From a virus, in the IMG/VR virus record IMGVR_UViG_3300007609_000005, positions 68,460 through 132,459 of that record: 64,000 nt of DNA; one strand, 5' to 3'. A model generated the notes under the pieces. That model ran no database searches, was not told the DNA's origin, and worked only from the letters and a program-made list of their open reading frames with translations. Made by a program: the position numbers and the translations under genes. This document shows positions 49,662 through 60,179 of this stretch, piece by piece; within the stretch, counting starts at the first letter, position 1, and the number at the start of each line of letters is the position of its first letter.

Positions 49662-50267
49662 ATGGAAAATAAATTAGAACTTAGGCTTTATGGATTGGTT
49701 CCATATAACATCTCACCTATCCAACAAGGAATACAGTTTGGACATGCTGCTGTTCGATATTCAAGGCTCATCGAAAAGTTATATGAAAAACACCCAGATT
49801 CCCAACAAGTAACCGATATGAAAAATAAATATATCGATTGGGCAGATAATTGGGAAACCTTCATTATTCTCAATGGGGGAACAACCAATAAAGAACTGGG
49901 CAATGATCTACAACCAATTGGAACTTTAAACCAACATATGGAAACCCTAAAGAGAAATGGCATCCCTATTGGCTCAATGTATGAACCCGACTTGGGTAAT
50001 CAATTAACTGCAGTTGTATTCGTTGTAGATGAACGAGTTTTCAATAAAAAAGATTATCCGGATTTTAGAGAATATGTTGAAACTAAATTAAATGATAAAG
50101 AATTTGAATCAATAGTAGAAAACTATGGGAAGTATTTTACATTCAATGACCTATCCCACTCAACAGATATTCAACTACTTGAAACTTCCAAGGAATGGAG
50201 AGATATGGTTGGTGGTGACAAAAATGTTTTTTTGAAAGAGTTCTTGGAAGGTTTCAGATTGGCATAA
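49662..50267 (+). CDS. Pth2-like peptidyl-tRNA hydrolase family phage protein
   Basis: ISPIQQGIQFGHA, TFIILNGG, EPDLGNQLTAV. Confidence 0.6.
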   Translation: MENKLELRLYGLVPYNISPIQQGIQFGHAAVRYSRLIEKLYEKHPDSQQVTDMKNKYIDWADNWETFIILNGGTTNKELGNDLQPIGTLNQHMETLKRNGIPIGSMYEPDLGNQLTAVVFVVDERVFNKKDYPDFREYVETKLNDKEFESIVENYGKYFTFNDLSHSTDIQLLETSKEWRDMVGGDKNVFLKEFLEGFRLA

Positions 50268-50282
50268 AAATAAAAAACACAT

Positions 50283-50672
50283 GTGAAAAATATTACAATC
50301 GATAATTCTAATTTCTCATACACGAATATGGACATACAGACATCCATCACGAATGAAGTTACACTACACCTAAAATTTGACCGTAGGTTAATCAATGAAT
50401 CATTCATATATGACCTTTATGATAGACAATTTACAACCGTATATGTAAGCAATTATAAATTTGATATCAAACATTCTCTTGGTTCATTTTATGGATGTAT
50501 AATAAAGAAATTAGATACTTACCAAAACAATATTGAACTTGAAATAATATCCGATCACAACAATGCAAAACCACTTAAAGAACATCGATCAGAATTTATT
50601 AAGAATATTTTATCAACTCATGAAGATGAAAATAGTATAAAGAATAATAATAACGCAAATAAAATAAAGTGA
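50283..50672 (+). CDS. hypothetical protein with near-C-terminal tag
   Basis: EHRSEFIKNILST. Confidence 0.6.
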   Translation: MKNITIDNSNFSYTNMDIQTSITNEVTLHLKFDRRLINESFIYDLYDRQFTTVYVSNYKFDIKHSLGSFYGCIIKKLDTYQNNIELEIISDHNNAKPLKEHRSEFIKNILSTHEDENSIKNNNNANKIK

Positions 50673-52790
50673 ATGATGGAAAAAGACAATTACATGAAGA
50701 CAGAGAATGATATTCAGAACACCGTTGATGATAGTGGCGATGGGTATGATGATGCTTATGGAGATAGTGGTAATAAGGGCAAAGGAAAGGATAAGGGAGT
50801 CAAGAATTCTAAAACCCCGGTACTTGACAATTTCTCACGTGATCTTACAGCAATGGCAAGTGATGATAAATTAGACCCAATTGTTGGTAGAGAAAAGGAA
50901 ATCGAACGGGTATCACAGATCTTATCAAAAAAGAAAAAGAACAACCCGGTGCTTATAGGTGAGCCAGGTGTTGGTAAGTCTTCCATTGCAGAAGGACTTG
51001 CACTTCGAATTATCGAACGAAAATGTTCAAGAATCCTGTTTGATAAGAGAGTTGTCATGTTGGACTTGGCAGCAATGGTTGCCGGTACTAAATATCGTGG
51101 TCAATTCGAAGAGAGAGTAAAGGCACTTATGAATGAACTTGAAGATAACAAGGATGTTATCTTATTCATTGACGAAATTCATACTATGGTCGGTGCAGGT
51201 GGTTCATCCGGTTCTCTTGATGCATCCAATATGTTAAAACCGGCATTGGCAAGAGGTGAAATCCAAATCATTGGCGCAACAACACTTGACGAATATCGAA
51301 AACACATTGAGAAAGATGGTGCATTGGACCGTAGATTCCAAACTGTAATTGTTGAACCTGCAACAGAAGAAGAAACAATTGAAATTCTCAATAATATTAA
51401 AGAACGATATGAGAAGCACCACCACGTTAGTTATTCAGAGGATGCTATAAAGGCGTGTGTTGATCTAACTACACGATATATTACTGATAGATTTCTACCA
51501 GACAAAGCAATCGATGCCTTGGATGAAGTTGGTTCAAGAGTACACATCTCGACAATTGTTGTTCCCGAAGAAATAACAGACCTCGAAGAAAGAATAGCCG
51601 AAATAAAGAAAAAGAAAGATGATGTTATCCGAAACCAAAGGTATGAAGAAGCAGCAACACTAAGAGACGTTGAAAGACAACTGAAAGAACAATTGGAAGA
51701 AGAGAAGGAAAAGTGGTACAAAGTATCTGAACACCTTAGACAACCAGTTGAAGAGGAAGATGTTGCAGAAGTGGTTTCTATGATGAGTGGTATTCCACTC
51801 AATAAAGTTTCAACTGATGAGAACGAAAAACTTTCAAATATGCACGATTCTATCAAAGGGTCTGTCATTGGACAAGATGATGCAGTTCAGAAGGTAGTTA
51901 GAGCCATTCAGAGAGGCAGAGTTGGGCTAAAAGATCCAAATAAACCAATTGGGAGTTTTATCTTTCTTGGTCCAACAGGGGTCGGTAAAACGGAATTGGC
52001 GAAACAGATCACAAATTATATGTTCAATTCAGAAGATGCACTTATCCGTGTTGATATGAGTGAATTTATGGAGAAATTTGCAGTATCAAGATTGATCGGA
52101 TCGCCCCCTGGATATGTTGGACACGAAGAAGGTGGGCAACTTACTGAAAAAGTAAGACGAAATCCATATTCAGTTATATTATTGGATGAGATCGAGAAAG
52201 CACACCCGGACGTATTTAACCTTTTGCTTCAAATGTTAGATGATGGTCAATTGACAGATTCCCTTGGAAGAAAAGTCAATTTCAAGAACACTGTTATCAT
52301 CATGACATCTAATACAGGAAGCCGTAAATTACAGGATTTTGGTTCAGGTGTCGGTTTCTCCACATCAAGTAAAGTACAAAACATTGTAAATGATAACAAA
52401 GGTGTAATTGAGAAAGAGATGAAAAAAACATTCTCTCCCGAATTCTTGAACCGTATTGATGAAGTAATCACTTTCAATTCTTTGGACAAAGAAGATATAA
52501 GAAAAATCATTGATATTGAAGTCAAAAAGGTATATGATAGAGTTGAAGATATCGGATACTCACTGAAATTGAATGAGAGTGCAATTAACATCATTGTTGA
52601 AAATGGATTTGACCCCAAATTCGGTGCAAGACCATTGAAAAGAGCAATTCAAAAGTATGTTGAAGATGTTGTAACAGAAGAAATTGTTGAAAGAAATCCA
52701 GAAGCCGGTTCTAAATTCAGCCTTACTTGGGATTCCAAGAAAGAAGAAATGAAAGTTCGTGTAACACAAAAAAGAAAGGCAAATGGATGA
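50673..52790 (+). CDS. clpC: ClpC-type AAA+ chaperone lacking the N-terminal Clp domain
   Basis: Two AAA modules ([16 protein letters not shown]), UVR middle domain [11 protein letters not shown], ClpP-binding GVGF loop. Confidence 0.92.
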   Translation: MMEKDNYMKTENDIQNTVDDSGDGYDDAYGDSGNKGKGKDKGVKNSKTPVLDNFSRDLTAMASDDKLDPIVGREKEIERVSQILSKKKKNNPVLIGEPGVGKSSIAEGLALRIIERKCSRILFDKRVVMLDLAAMVAGTKYRGQFEERVKALMNELEDNKDVILFIDEIHTMVGAGGSSGSLDASNMLKPALARGEIQIIGATTLDEYRKHIEKDGALDRRFQTVIVEPATEEETIEILNNIKERYEKHHHVSYSEDAIKACVDLTTRYITDRFLPDKAIDALDEVGSRVHISTIVVPEEITDLEERIAEIKKKKDDVIRNQRYEEAATLRDVERQLKEQLEEEKEKWYKVSEHLRQPVEEEDVAEVVSMMSGIPLNKVSTDENEKLSNMHDSIKGSVIGQDDAVQKVVRAIQRGRVGLKDPNKPIGSFIFLGPTGVGKTELAKQITNYMFNSEDALIRVDMSEFMEKFAVSRLIGSPPGYVGHEEGGQLTEKVRRNPYSVILLDEIEKAHPDVFNLLLQMLDDGQLTDSLGRKVNFKNTVIIMTSNTGSRKLQDFGSGVGFSTSSKVQNIVNDNKGVIEKEMKKTFSPEFLNRIDEVITFNSLDKEDIRKIIDIEVKKVYDRVEDIGYSLKLNESAINIIVENGFDPKFGARPLKRAIQKYVEDVVTEEIVERNPEAGSKFSLTWDSKKEEMKVRVTQKRKANG

Positions 52791-53533
52791 GATATTTCAA
52801 CAAAGAAAGGGATTTATTCTACATACACATACATAAATGTGGTGGCACTAGTATAATAGAAACCCTTGGGCTTGATAGCATATCTGATACGATGATAGAG
52901 GAGAGGATCAATGATCCCCTCCTCAAACGTCATTTTGATGGAAGTAAAAGTTATTACTATAATGGTTCAGTGTATGATATAATGTCGGACTATTTCAAAG
53001 AAGATTTTGTAAATGGTTTGGTCATATCATCTATACGTGACCCATATGCAAGATTTGTGTCATTCTTCAAATATTTCCGATCTAACCCAATGTTCTTCCG
53101 AACACCCGTTAAGGACTTAAACAATTTCATACAATACTTTATGTATTTCAGAAAGGTTGAAGAAAAGGAAAGAATTGAGGAGGTTGAATCCAATTGGACA
53201 CATCCTCGTATATTTACAACACCAGGTCGCCAAGATAAATACTTAACAAGACATGTGGTATCATATCACGGTGATCCCTATACACAACACTTATCTGATA
53301 AAGGTGGCAACCCAAGACCCGACTTTATATTCATACTTGAAAATATGAAAGAATCACAAGATAAATTCAATGAATTATATGGGTCTAAGATAACGTTCAA
53401 ACATCTTAATAAAACCGGTAACTTTTCAAATAACAAAGATTACTTAAAATTTTATGATGAAAAATCATATGATTTTGTTACCAACTTTTATAAGAAAGAT
53501 ATCGAATTTTATAAAAAAATGACAAATATATGA
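52787..53533 (+). CDS. sulfotransferase family protein
   Basis: YIHIHKCGGTSI, IRDPYARFVSFF; likely start MRYFNK. Confidence 0.8.
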   Translation: MRYFNKERDLFYIHIHKCGGTSIIETLGLDSISDTMIEERINDPLLKRHFDGSKSYYYNGSVYDIMSDYFKEDFVNGLVISSIRDPYARFVSFFKYFRSNPMFFRTPVKDLNNFIQYFMYFRKVEEKERIEEVESNWTHPRIFTTPGRQDKYLTRHVVSYHGDPYTQHLSDKGGNPRPDFIFILENMKESQDKFNELYGSKITFKHLNKTGNFSNNKDYLKFYDEKSYDFVTNFYKKDIEFYKKMTNI

Positions 53534-54384
53534 AAGAATATACCGAAAGAACAATGAAATTGTTTCCAAATGTAAGTGATATCCTTACACCCGAAGAAGG
53601 TAACAAGTTAATATTGGATTCTTTGAATGGAAACCCACATATGCCATTTTCAGCCGGTAGAGCCGGTAGTACTGAGACAAATGGAATATTGCACTTCTTG
53701 GCAAAGAAACCAATACCTGCCGATATGTTATGTACATTTTCAGGTGTTAATCTTCCAACACAAGCAGAATACCAGAAATTCGCACTCCATTATATACAAT
53801 GTATAAAGAATATAGATCTTATGGGACTTTGGAGACAAGAAGAAAATTATTACATACAAACCGGTATAGTGAAGAATAAAAAAACATTACTTAGAGGCAT
53901 TGAACCATACTATTTCGAATCACCTTGGTCAGCCGGATTAGAAGGCAAAAAAGTTCTAATAATACACCCATTTGTCGAATCTATGAAAAAGCAGATGGAG
54001 AAAAGAGAAAAACTTTGGCCAAATACAAATGTGCTTCCCGAATTTGACCCACTTTATCTGAAATCACACCAATCACTGGGCGATAAAGACTCTAATTGGT
54101 TTGACAACCTGAATAATATGAAAGACTCGATGCTTAAGGCGGATTATGATGTTGCACTTATAGGATGTGGTGCATATGGACTCCCACTTGCATCACATGC
54201 AAAAAATATGGGAAAGAAAGCCATACACGTTGGGGGTGCATTACAGATTCTGTTCGGTATAAAAGGTAAAAGATGGGATACACATGATATAATCTCCAAA
54301 TTCTATAATGAACATTGGACCAGACCATTAGAAGAAGAAAAATCAAAGAACTTTCAAATGGTAGAAGGTGGTTGTTATTGGTAA
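53530..54384 (+). CDS. polysaccharide-locus protein (glycosyltransferase-like)
   Basis: LEGKKVLIIHPF, DVALIGCGAYGLPLA, HVGGALQILFGIKGKRW. Confidence 0.7.
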   Translation: MKEYTERTMKLFPNVSDILTPEEGNKLILDSLNGNPHMPFSAGRAGSTETNGILHFLAKKPIPADMLCTFSGVNLPTQAEYQKFALHYIQCIKNIDLMGLWRQEENYYIQTGIVKNKKTLLRGIEPYYFESPWSAGLEGKKVLIIHPFVESMKKQMEKREKLWPNTNVLPEFDPLYLKSHQSLGDKDSNWFDNLNNMKDSMLKADYDVALIGCGAYGLPLASHAKNMGKKAIHVGGALQILFGIKGKRWDTHDIISKFYNEHWTRPLEEEKSKNFQMVEGGCYW

Positions 54385-54400
54385 AAAATTAAAAAATTGA

Positions 54401-55105
54401 ATGATATTACTAACAGAATACTTTGTCTCTGACAATGCAGATAGGCAAAAAGAATATGAAAAATGTCTTAATAAGAACATAGAGAATAAGCACATCGATA
54501 CAATCGTGCTGTTCAATTCCGATAACTCAGAACTTACCATAGAATCAGATAAGATAGTTATGAGACATCTCGATAAAAGACCCACTTATCGTGAAATATT
54601 TGATATATGCAATGAAGAATATGTGGGTGAAATATGCATTATATCAAATGCTGATATCATATTCGATGATACATTGTCAAATGTAACAAAGGAAAATATT
54701 AAAGATAAATTCCTAGCACTATCAAGGTGGGACATCAGAGAAGATGGCATGGCACAATTATATGATTGGTCATACTCACAAGATTGTTGGATGTATTTAA
54801 GTCCAAATGAATTCCAAGGGTGTGATTATAAAATGGGTACATTGGGATGTGATAACCGAATTGCCTTTGATGCAAACATCTCAGGTCTTAAAACACATAA
54901 TCCCGCCAAGTTAGTCAAAACTTTTCACTTACACAATTCAAATCACAGAACATATAACCAAAACAGTATTCTTATGGGTAAATATATGTTTGTTGAAACA
55001 TCTAATACAATGGATAAAGTATCTGAAAATATTGTATGTAACCCACAAACACTAAACCAAGCAGTTGCATACGTAAGAAGAAAAAAACAACAAACCCAAG
55101 TATGA
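54401..55105 (+). CDS. GT-A-like glycosyltransferase
   Basis: ISNADIIFD, ALSRWD, SQDCW, GCDNRIA; paralog of 57829. Confidence 0.65.
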   Translation: MILLTEYFVSDNADRQKEYEKCLNKNIENKHIDTIVLFNSDNSELTIESDKIVMRHLDKRPTYREIFDICNEEYVGEICIISNADIIFDDTLSNVTKENIKDKFLALSRWDIREDGMAQLYDWSYSQDCWMYLSPNEFQGCDYKMGTLGCDNRIAFDANISGLKTHNPAKLVKTFHLHNSNHRTYNQNSILMGKYMFVETSNTMDKVSENIVCNPQTLNQAVAYVRRKKQQTQV

Positions 55106-55764
55106 AATTATTAACATTCTATTCAGATAGTCACGAAGAAATGTATGAGAACTATTTCTTGGAATCATACAATAAATACCTATCTGATTCATTTGATCTA
55201 TTGCCAAACAAAATTGAACAAATATGTGAATCCGGTGAATATGGTTCTGATGGGTTTTCCCATGCAATGTTGGAAAAAATAAACCATATTATAAATAACA
55301 TTGATACCAATGATAATGAATTACTTGTTTTCGCAGATTGTGATGTGCAGTTTTTTTCAGATTTTTCAAAAGAAATAACTGAAGAATTAGGAAATTATGA
55401 TATAAAATTCCAAAGTGACGTTACGTGCTTGTGTGCTGGATTCTTTGTCTGTAAACAATCCAGTGAAGTACTTAAATTCTTCAACACTGTTAAGTCAATT
55501 TTAAAGACAGTTATGGATAAAAAAGTAGATGACCAACAAGTAATAAACCACATTATACAGAAATACCCAATTAAATGGGGAATGTTATCAAATAAGTTTT
55601 TTACGGTTGCTATGGCTACTGGACCAAAACAATGGAATGGTGAAGATTTTTCATTGAAAGAAGACATCTACACACATCATGCAAATTGGACGGTTGGTTT
55701 AGAAAACAAATACAAGTTATTGGATATGTCAAGAGAAAAAATGAATGTTACAAATGCTAATTAA
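55102..55764 (+). CDS. nucleotide-diphospho-sugar transferase (GT77-like)
   Basis: FADCDV, CAGFF, DDQ, HHANW. Confidence 0.75.
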   Translation: MKLLTFYSDSHEEMYENYFLESYNKYLSDSFDLLPNKIEQICESGEYGSDGFSHAMLEKINHIINNIDTNDNELLVFADCDVQFFSDFSKEITEELGNYDIKFQSDVTCLCAGFFVCKQSSEVLKFFNTVKSILKTVMDKKVDDQQVINHIIQKYPIKWGMLSNKFFTVAMATGPKQWNGEDFSLKEDIYTHHANWTVGLENKYKLLDMSREKMNVTNAN

Positions 55765-56551
55765 GAGAATAAATAATATTCAATACTGTCCATATATAAG
55801 AACTGAGGAAACAATATTTGAATTACTTGAACGGGATCGTGACCTAATAAGTGATGATTATGAACTGATATGTCTTCCTTTAGCACATCTTATAAACACC
55901 ATAGGAGTACCAAGGACAAACCAAATAATCAATTCTATTAGATCACCCAAGAAAAGAGTTTTCGTATGTCAGCATATACACATCACACATCTGCAGTTTG
56001 ACAAAGAAGATATTATATTCTCACCACACGCATCCATAAATGATAGATATATCTCAATACCACATTATGCAGTCACACAAGATATTAACTTAGCATCTGA
56101 TCATAGGGAAATGTTATATTCTTTCATTGGATCGACCTCAACACATTGGACCAGAAAAAAAATTGTTGAACTATATAATAACTGTTTCGATAGTGGAAAG
56201 CATTGGGGACTAGAAACAAATGATGATGAATTCCGAAAAAGATATATCAATATGCTGGGTAATTCAGAATTTTCTTTATGCCCAAGAGGAACAGGTATAT
56301 CATCAGTTCGAACATTTGAAAGTATGTCAATGGGTAGTTTTCCAGTATTCATAGCCGATGGATATGAACCACCAATGAAAGATGAAATAGATTGGGAATC
56401 CATATCAGTGTCAATACCAGAGAACTCAGTTGATAAAATAGGAGATATACTCACCGAAAAATCACTCAATAGGGATAAACTATTTGAAATCTACAACGAA
56501 TATCTCAGCAATGAGAATTTACATAAATCAATAATTAGAAAACTTGGATAA
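55745..56551 (+). CDS. exostosin/GT47-like glycosyltransferase
   Basis: SFIGS, SEFSLCPRGTG.SSVRTFESM..G..PVFI. Confidence 0.8.
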   Translation: MLQMLIKRINNIQYCPYIRTEETIFELLERDRDLISDDYELICLPLAHLINTIGVPRTNQIINSIRSPKKRVFVCQHIHITHLQFDKEDIIFSPHASINDRYISIPHYAVTQDINLASDHREMLYSFIGSTSTHWTRKKIVELYNNCFDSGKHWGLETNDDEFRKRYINMLGNSEFSLCPRGTGISSVRTFESMSMGSFPVFIADGYEPPMKDEIDWESISVSIPENSVDKIGDILTEKSLNRDKLFEIYNEYLSNENLHKSIIRKLG

Positions 56552-57209
56552 ATTAAATTTTTTACATATCGGAAAAACCGGGGGCTCAACAATAAAAGAA
56601 TCTCTTATTGAATTTGAGGGAACTAAAACCAAATTCGGTGAAATTATTTTTACAGGACACCATGGAACATTACAACCCATCAATAATAATATATTCTTTC
56701 TTAGAAATCCAGTTGATAGATATGTTTCGGCATACCTATCCGGATATAGACAAGGACTTCCAAGGTATAATGTGCCATGGACACCTGCTGAGAAATATTA
56801 TTTTGGGAAGTTCCCAACCCCTAACGATTTAGCAGAGGCTTTATTTGTAGATAAAGAGGCGCACCAAGCCATTATGAATTTAAGACATGTCAATAGGCCA
56901 TTCATAAGTTACATTGGCAATCACGAAAATATCCAAAAGTGCAAAGATAATATATTATATATTGGTATTATGGAAACATTAGAGGATGATTTTGAGAACA
57001 TATGCAAACTTATTGGTGTAGATGCATCTATTACAACAGATGAAATAAAATCACACAAAACACCCAATAAATACAATGATATGAAATACTTGTCAAGTAA
57101 ATCAATTGATAATATACGTAGGTTGTATGATGTGGATTATAAAATATTCAAAACCCTATTAGATATGGGTAAAATATCTAACGAAAAATATAAAAAAATA
57201 ACAAAATGA
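56544..57209 (+). CDS. sulfotransferase family protein
   Basis: FLHIGKTGGSTI, LRNPVDRYVSAY, YDVDY. Confidence 0.8.
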   Translation: MDKLNFLHIGKTGGSTIKESLIEFEGTKTKFGEIIFTGHHGTLQPINNNIFFLRNPVDRYVSAYLSGYRQGLPRYNVPWTPAEKYYFGKFPTPNDLAEALFVDKEAHQAIMNLRHVNRPFISYIGNHENIQKCKDNILYIGIMETLEDDFENICKLIGVDASITTDEIKSHKTPNKYNDMKYLSSKSIDNIRRLYDVDYKIFKTLLDMGKISNEKYKKITK

Positions 57210-57811
57210 ATATAAAATATTTAGGAACTGCTTATGGTGGGTGGGTAATCGACCTCGACTCAATAAATGAAGGAGATACTATCGTGTGTGGCGGTGCAGG
57301 CGAAGACATCACCTTTGAAGAAGAGCTTATGAAGCATAAGAATATCAATATAATTGAAGTTGATCCCACCGAGAAAAGTCATAAGTTCATGGAGAGTAAA
57401 TTGGAGAAATATAGTAATATAAAATTGATAAAAGCAGCCATCGAAAAACATGGAACTGAAAAAATCACATTATATAAGAACAAGAAGCCCACACATGTGA
57501 GTGAATCAATATACATTAACCATCAATCAGTATTAAATAGTGGTCAATCATATGAAACAAAATGTATTTCAATTAAACAATTAAAAGAGAAATATAATCC
57601 ATCATTCATAAAAATAGATATAGAAGGATCGGAGTATAATGTTGTTGATGAATTAATTGGAACAAAACAAGTTTGTATTGAATTTCATCACCATTGCATT
57701 CCAAATAAAACAATAATGGACACCACAAACATAATAACTAAATTCATTGATGCTGGGTATGAAATAATAGACAATAGAAACTTACACGAAATAACTTTCC
57801 TTAAAAAATAA
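57206..57811 (+). CDS. FkbM-family SAM-dependent methyltransferase
   Basis: GTAYGGW, GAGEDITFE, IKIDIEGSEY, QVCIEFHH. Confidence 0.85.
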   Translation: MNIKYLGTAYGGWVIDLDSINEGDTIVCGGAGEDITFEEELMKHKNINIIEVDPTEKSHKFMESKLEKYSNIKLIKAAIEKHGTEKITLYKNKKPTHVSESIYINHQSVLNSGQSYETKCISIKQLKEKYNPSFIKIDIEGSEYNVVDELIGTKQVCIEFHHHCIPNKTIMDTTNIITKFIDAGYEIIDNRNLHEITFLKK

Positions 57812-57828
57812 TCATATTAGATTCACAA

Positions 57829-58488
57829 ATGATTACTAGATTATTCATAAACTATTACACATCTGAAAACAAAGAAAGACAAACAGAATTAAACTATTGC
57901 ATTTCTAAGAACTCTGAAAATGTATTCATTGACCAATTGAATATATTAGTGGAGAAGAATGATATAAAAAGCCTAGAAAGGGTAATAAAACTGAATAACG
58001 AAAAAATAAATATAATTCAAATAGAAAATATCCCAACTTTTAAAGAGGTAGTGAATGCCATAGAAAACACTACTACTATTGATGATGTAAATATAATTGT
58101 GAATTCTGATTGTTACCTCAATGATACTGCTTCAAAATTCAAATCCATTGGGGCGAATGAATTATGGGCACTCAGTAGATATAATCTCATAGATGAGTCT
58201 GGAAAAACAGAACCATACCATGGTGGGATGACACAAGATGCATGGGCATTCCTTGGAAAGCCAAAGAAGATAGATAATATTGATTTTCACTTTGGTAAAC
58301 CGGGATGTGATAATAGATTTGCTTTCGAAACACATAGTGCCGGTTATAATGTCATAAATCCATGTCTTGATGTTATGGTTATACATTACCACATTTCAGA
58401 AAAAAGAACATATGGTAATGGTAGTGTAAGAGAGAAAAACAGAATCAATGGGGGATACAAAAAAGTAACTCCACAAAAATTGCAATAA
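57829..58488 (+). CDS. GT-A-like glycosyltransferase
   Basis: VNSDCY, ALSRY, TQDAW, GKPGCDNR; paralog of 54401. Confidence 0.65.
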   Translation: MITRLFINYYTSENKERQTELNYCISKNSENVFIDQLNILVEKNDIKSLERVIKLNNEKINIIQIENIPTFKEVVNAIENTTTIDDVNIIVNSDCYLNDTASKFKSIGANELWALSRYNLIDESGKTEPYHGGMTQDAWAFLGKPKKIDNIDFHFGKPGCDNRFAFETHSAGYNVINPCLDVMVIHYHISEKRTYGNGSVREKNRINGGYKKVTPQKLQ

Positions 58489-58494
58489 ATAGTT

Positions 58495-59232
58495 ATGAAA
58501 TATGTATACTTGACACAAACTGAAAGTGATATAGATGACCACAGAAAGGGTATAATAAAATCTGATAATTCGGACCTTATTGTTCTTTCGTGGAAAAGAG
58601 AAACAACAAGGAATCCATTTTTACCAAATTCTTCTTGGAACGAGGGTAGAAACTATTTGAGAAAATTGGCACTTGAAAAATACCCAGATGCTGATTATTA
58701 TATATTTTTTGATGATGATATATCACTTAAAGTAAATAATGGTGGAAATGCATTCAGAGAATTTGAGGTATTATTGGAAAAATACAAACCATTAGTAGCA
58801 ACCCCATTTTACAACCACCACATTAGACACGGATGGAAACCTGGCAAAGAATTTCATAAATTATATTACTTCGATGCTAATTTTAATGCTTTCAGTAAAA
58901 AAGCAGTTAATGAGATACTTCCTTACTATGAGGGGTTTGATAAAGAATCATGGCACTATTCACAAGTTGTCGTATTTCAAATGTGTAAAATGCTATACAG
59001 TGGTCATTGTTATCAATTCGACAATATAATTCTTGATAAATATCTGAAAATACAAAGGGAATATCCAAGGAATCGAAAATTGAATAAGGCAGATGACCTT
59101 ATAATATCTAACCTTATAGATGAAAAGTATAGCAACGAAATAACAGGAGAATCACCAATGTGGTATAAAGAAAATACACAAAACGAACTTAGAAAATTCG
59201 AAGATGTATTTAAAACAGATTTCAAGAAATGA
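58495..59232 (+). CDS. GT2-like glycosyltransferase
   Basis: SWNEGRN, YYIFFDDD. Confidence 0.65.
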   Translation: MKYVYLTQTESDIDDHRKGIIKSDNSDLIVLSWKRETTRNPFLPNSSWNEGRNYLRKLALEKYPDADYYIFFDDDISLKVNNGGNAFREFEVLLEKYKPLVATPFYNHHIRHGWKPGKEFHKLYYFDANFNAFSKKAVNEILPYYEGFDKESWHYSQVVVFQMCKMLYSGHCYQFDNIILDKYLKIQREYPRNRKLNKADDLIISNLIDEKYSNEITGESPMWYKENTQNELRKFEDVFKTDFKK

Positions 59233-60179
59233 AGAAAGCAATAATCATAACAACTATAAACGAATCAAATAAGAACCTTGAAAAGTTCTCAAAATCTGAT
59301 TATGATCTGATATTGATCGGTGATAAAAAATCTCCCAAAAATTATAATTTGAATTGTACTTATTTGGATGTAGAATCACAAGTAAATTCATATGATAAGA
59401 TATCAAACCTATTGCCATATAACCACTATTCTCGGAAGAATATTGGATACATCTATGCAATAGAAAATGGATATACACAAATAGCAGAAAGTGATGATGA
59501 TAATTACCCACTTGATAATTGGGGCGTAATACCAAATGACTATAAATCAATAATGAATGATGATGTGGTCAATATCTATTCATTGTTCACCCAAGAAAAA
59601 GTTTGGGCAAGAGGATATCCAATTAATAGATTGAACTCCCAATGTGAAATAAAATTATCTTATGAAAAACTAAATCCGGTTGTTTGGCAATATATGGTAG
59701 ATGGTGACCCAGATGTTGATGCTATTTACCGAATGACAGTAGGGAACAAAGACTTCACATTCACGGATGGTGATTATGTACTCAGTGAAAGGGCAATTTC
59801 ACCATTCAACACACAAAATACAATTTGGACAGACCCTAAGTATTTTGTTTATACATACTTACCATCAACCGTTTCATTCAGATTCACTGATATATTAAGG
59901 TCATATATTGCACAGTTCGGTATATGGGCAATGGGTGGTAATTTAGGATACTCATCACCAACAGTCATACAAGATAGAAATGAACATGATCTTATGATAG
60001 ATTTCGAAAGTGAGGTTGAGATGTACATCAATTATGATAAGATAATCAAAACACTCAAAAGACTAAAACTAAACGGTGATAAAAGTGATATAATAACTAT
60101 GTATAGATCATTACTTGATATAGATATAGTAACTAAAAAAGAAATAGAAATTTTACATGAATGGATCAAATACTTTTAA
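59229..60179 (+). CDS. STELLO/DUF288-like glycosyltransferase
   Basis: IITTIN, IGDKKSP, YSRKNIGYIYAI, DDDN, DPDVDAIYR, FRFTDILRSY, QDRNEHDLM.DF. Confidence 0.85.
   Translation: MKKAIIITTINESNKNLEKFSKSDYDLILIGDKKSPKNYNLNCTYLDVESQVNSYDKISNLLPYNHYSRKNIGYIYAIENGYTQIAESDDDNYPLDNWGVIPNDYKSIMNDDVVNIYSLFTQEKVWARGYPINRLNSQCEIKLSYEKLNPVVWQYMVDGDPDVDAIYRMTVGNKDFTFTDGDYVLSERAISPFNTQNTIWTDPKYFVYTYLPSTVSFRFTDILRSYIAQFGIWAMGGNLGYSSPTVIQDRNEHDLMIDFESEVEMYINYDKIIKTLKRLKLNGDKSDIITMYRSLLDIDIVTKKEIEILHEWIKYF

Noticed and set aside
20343-52769. Antisense and alternative-frame ORFs inside dnaK, ileS, metK, clpC and similar genes
   Set aside because: Shadow ORFs of strongly conserved genes, with no motifs or promoter boxes of their own.
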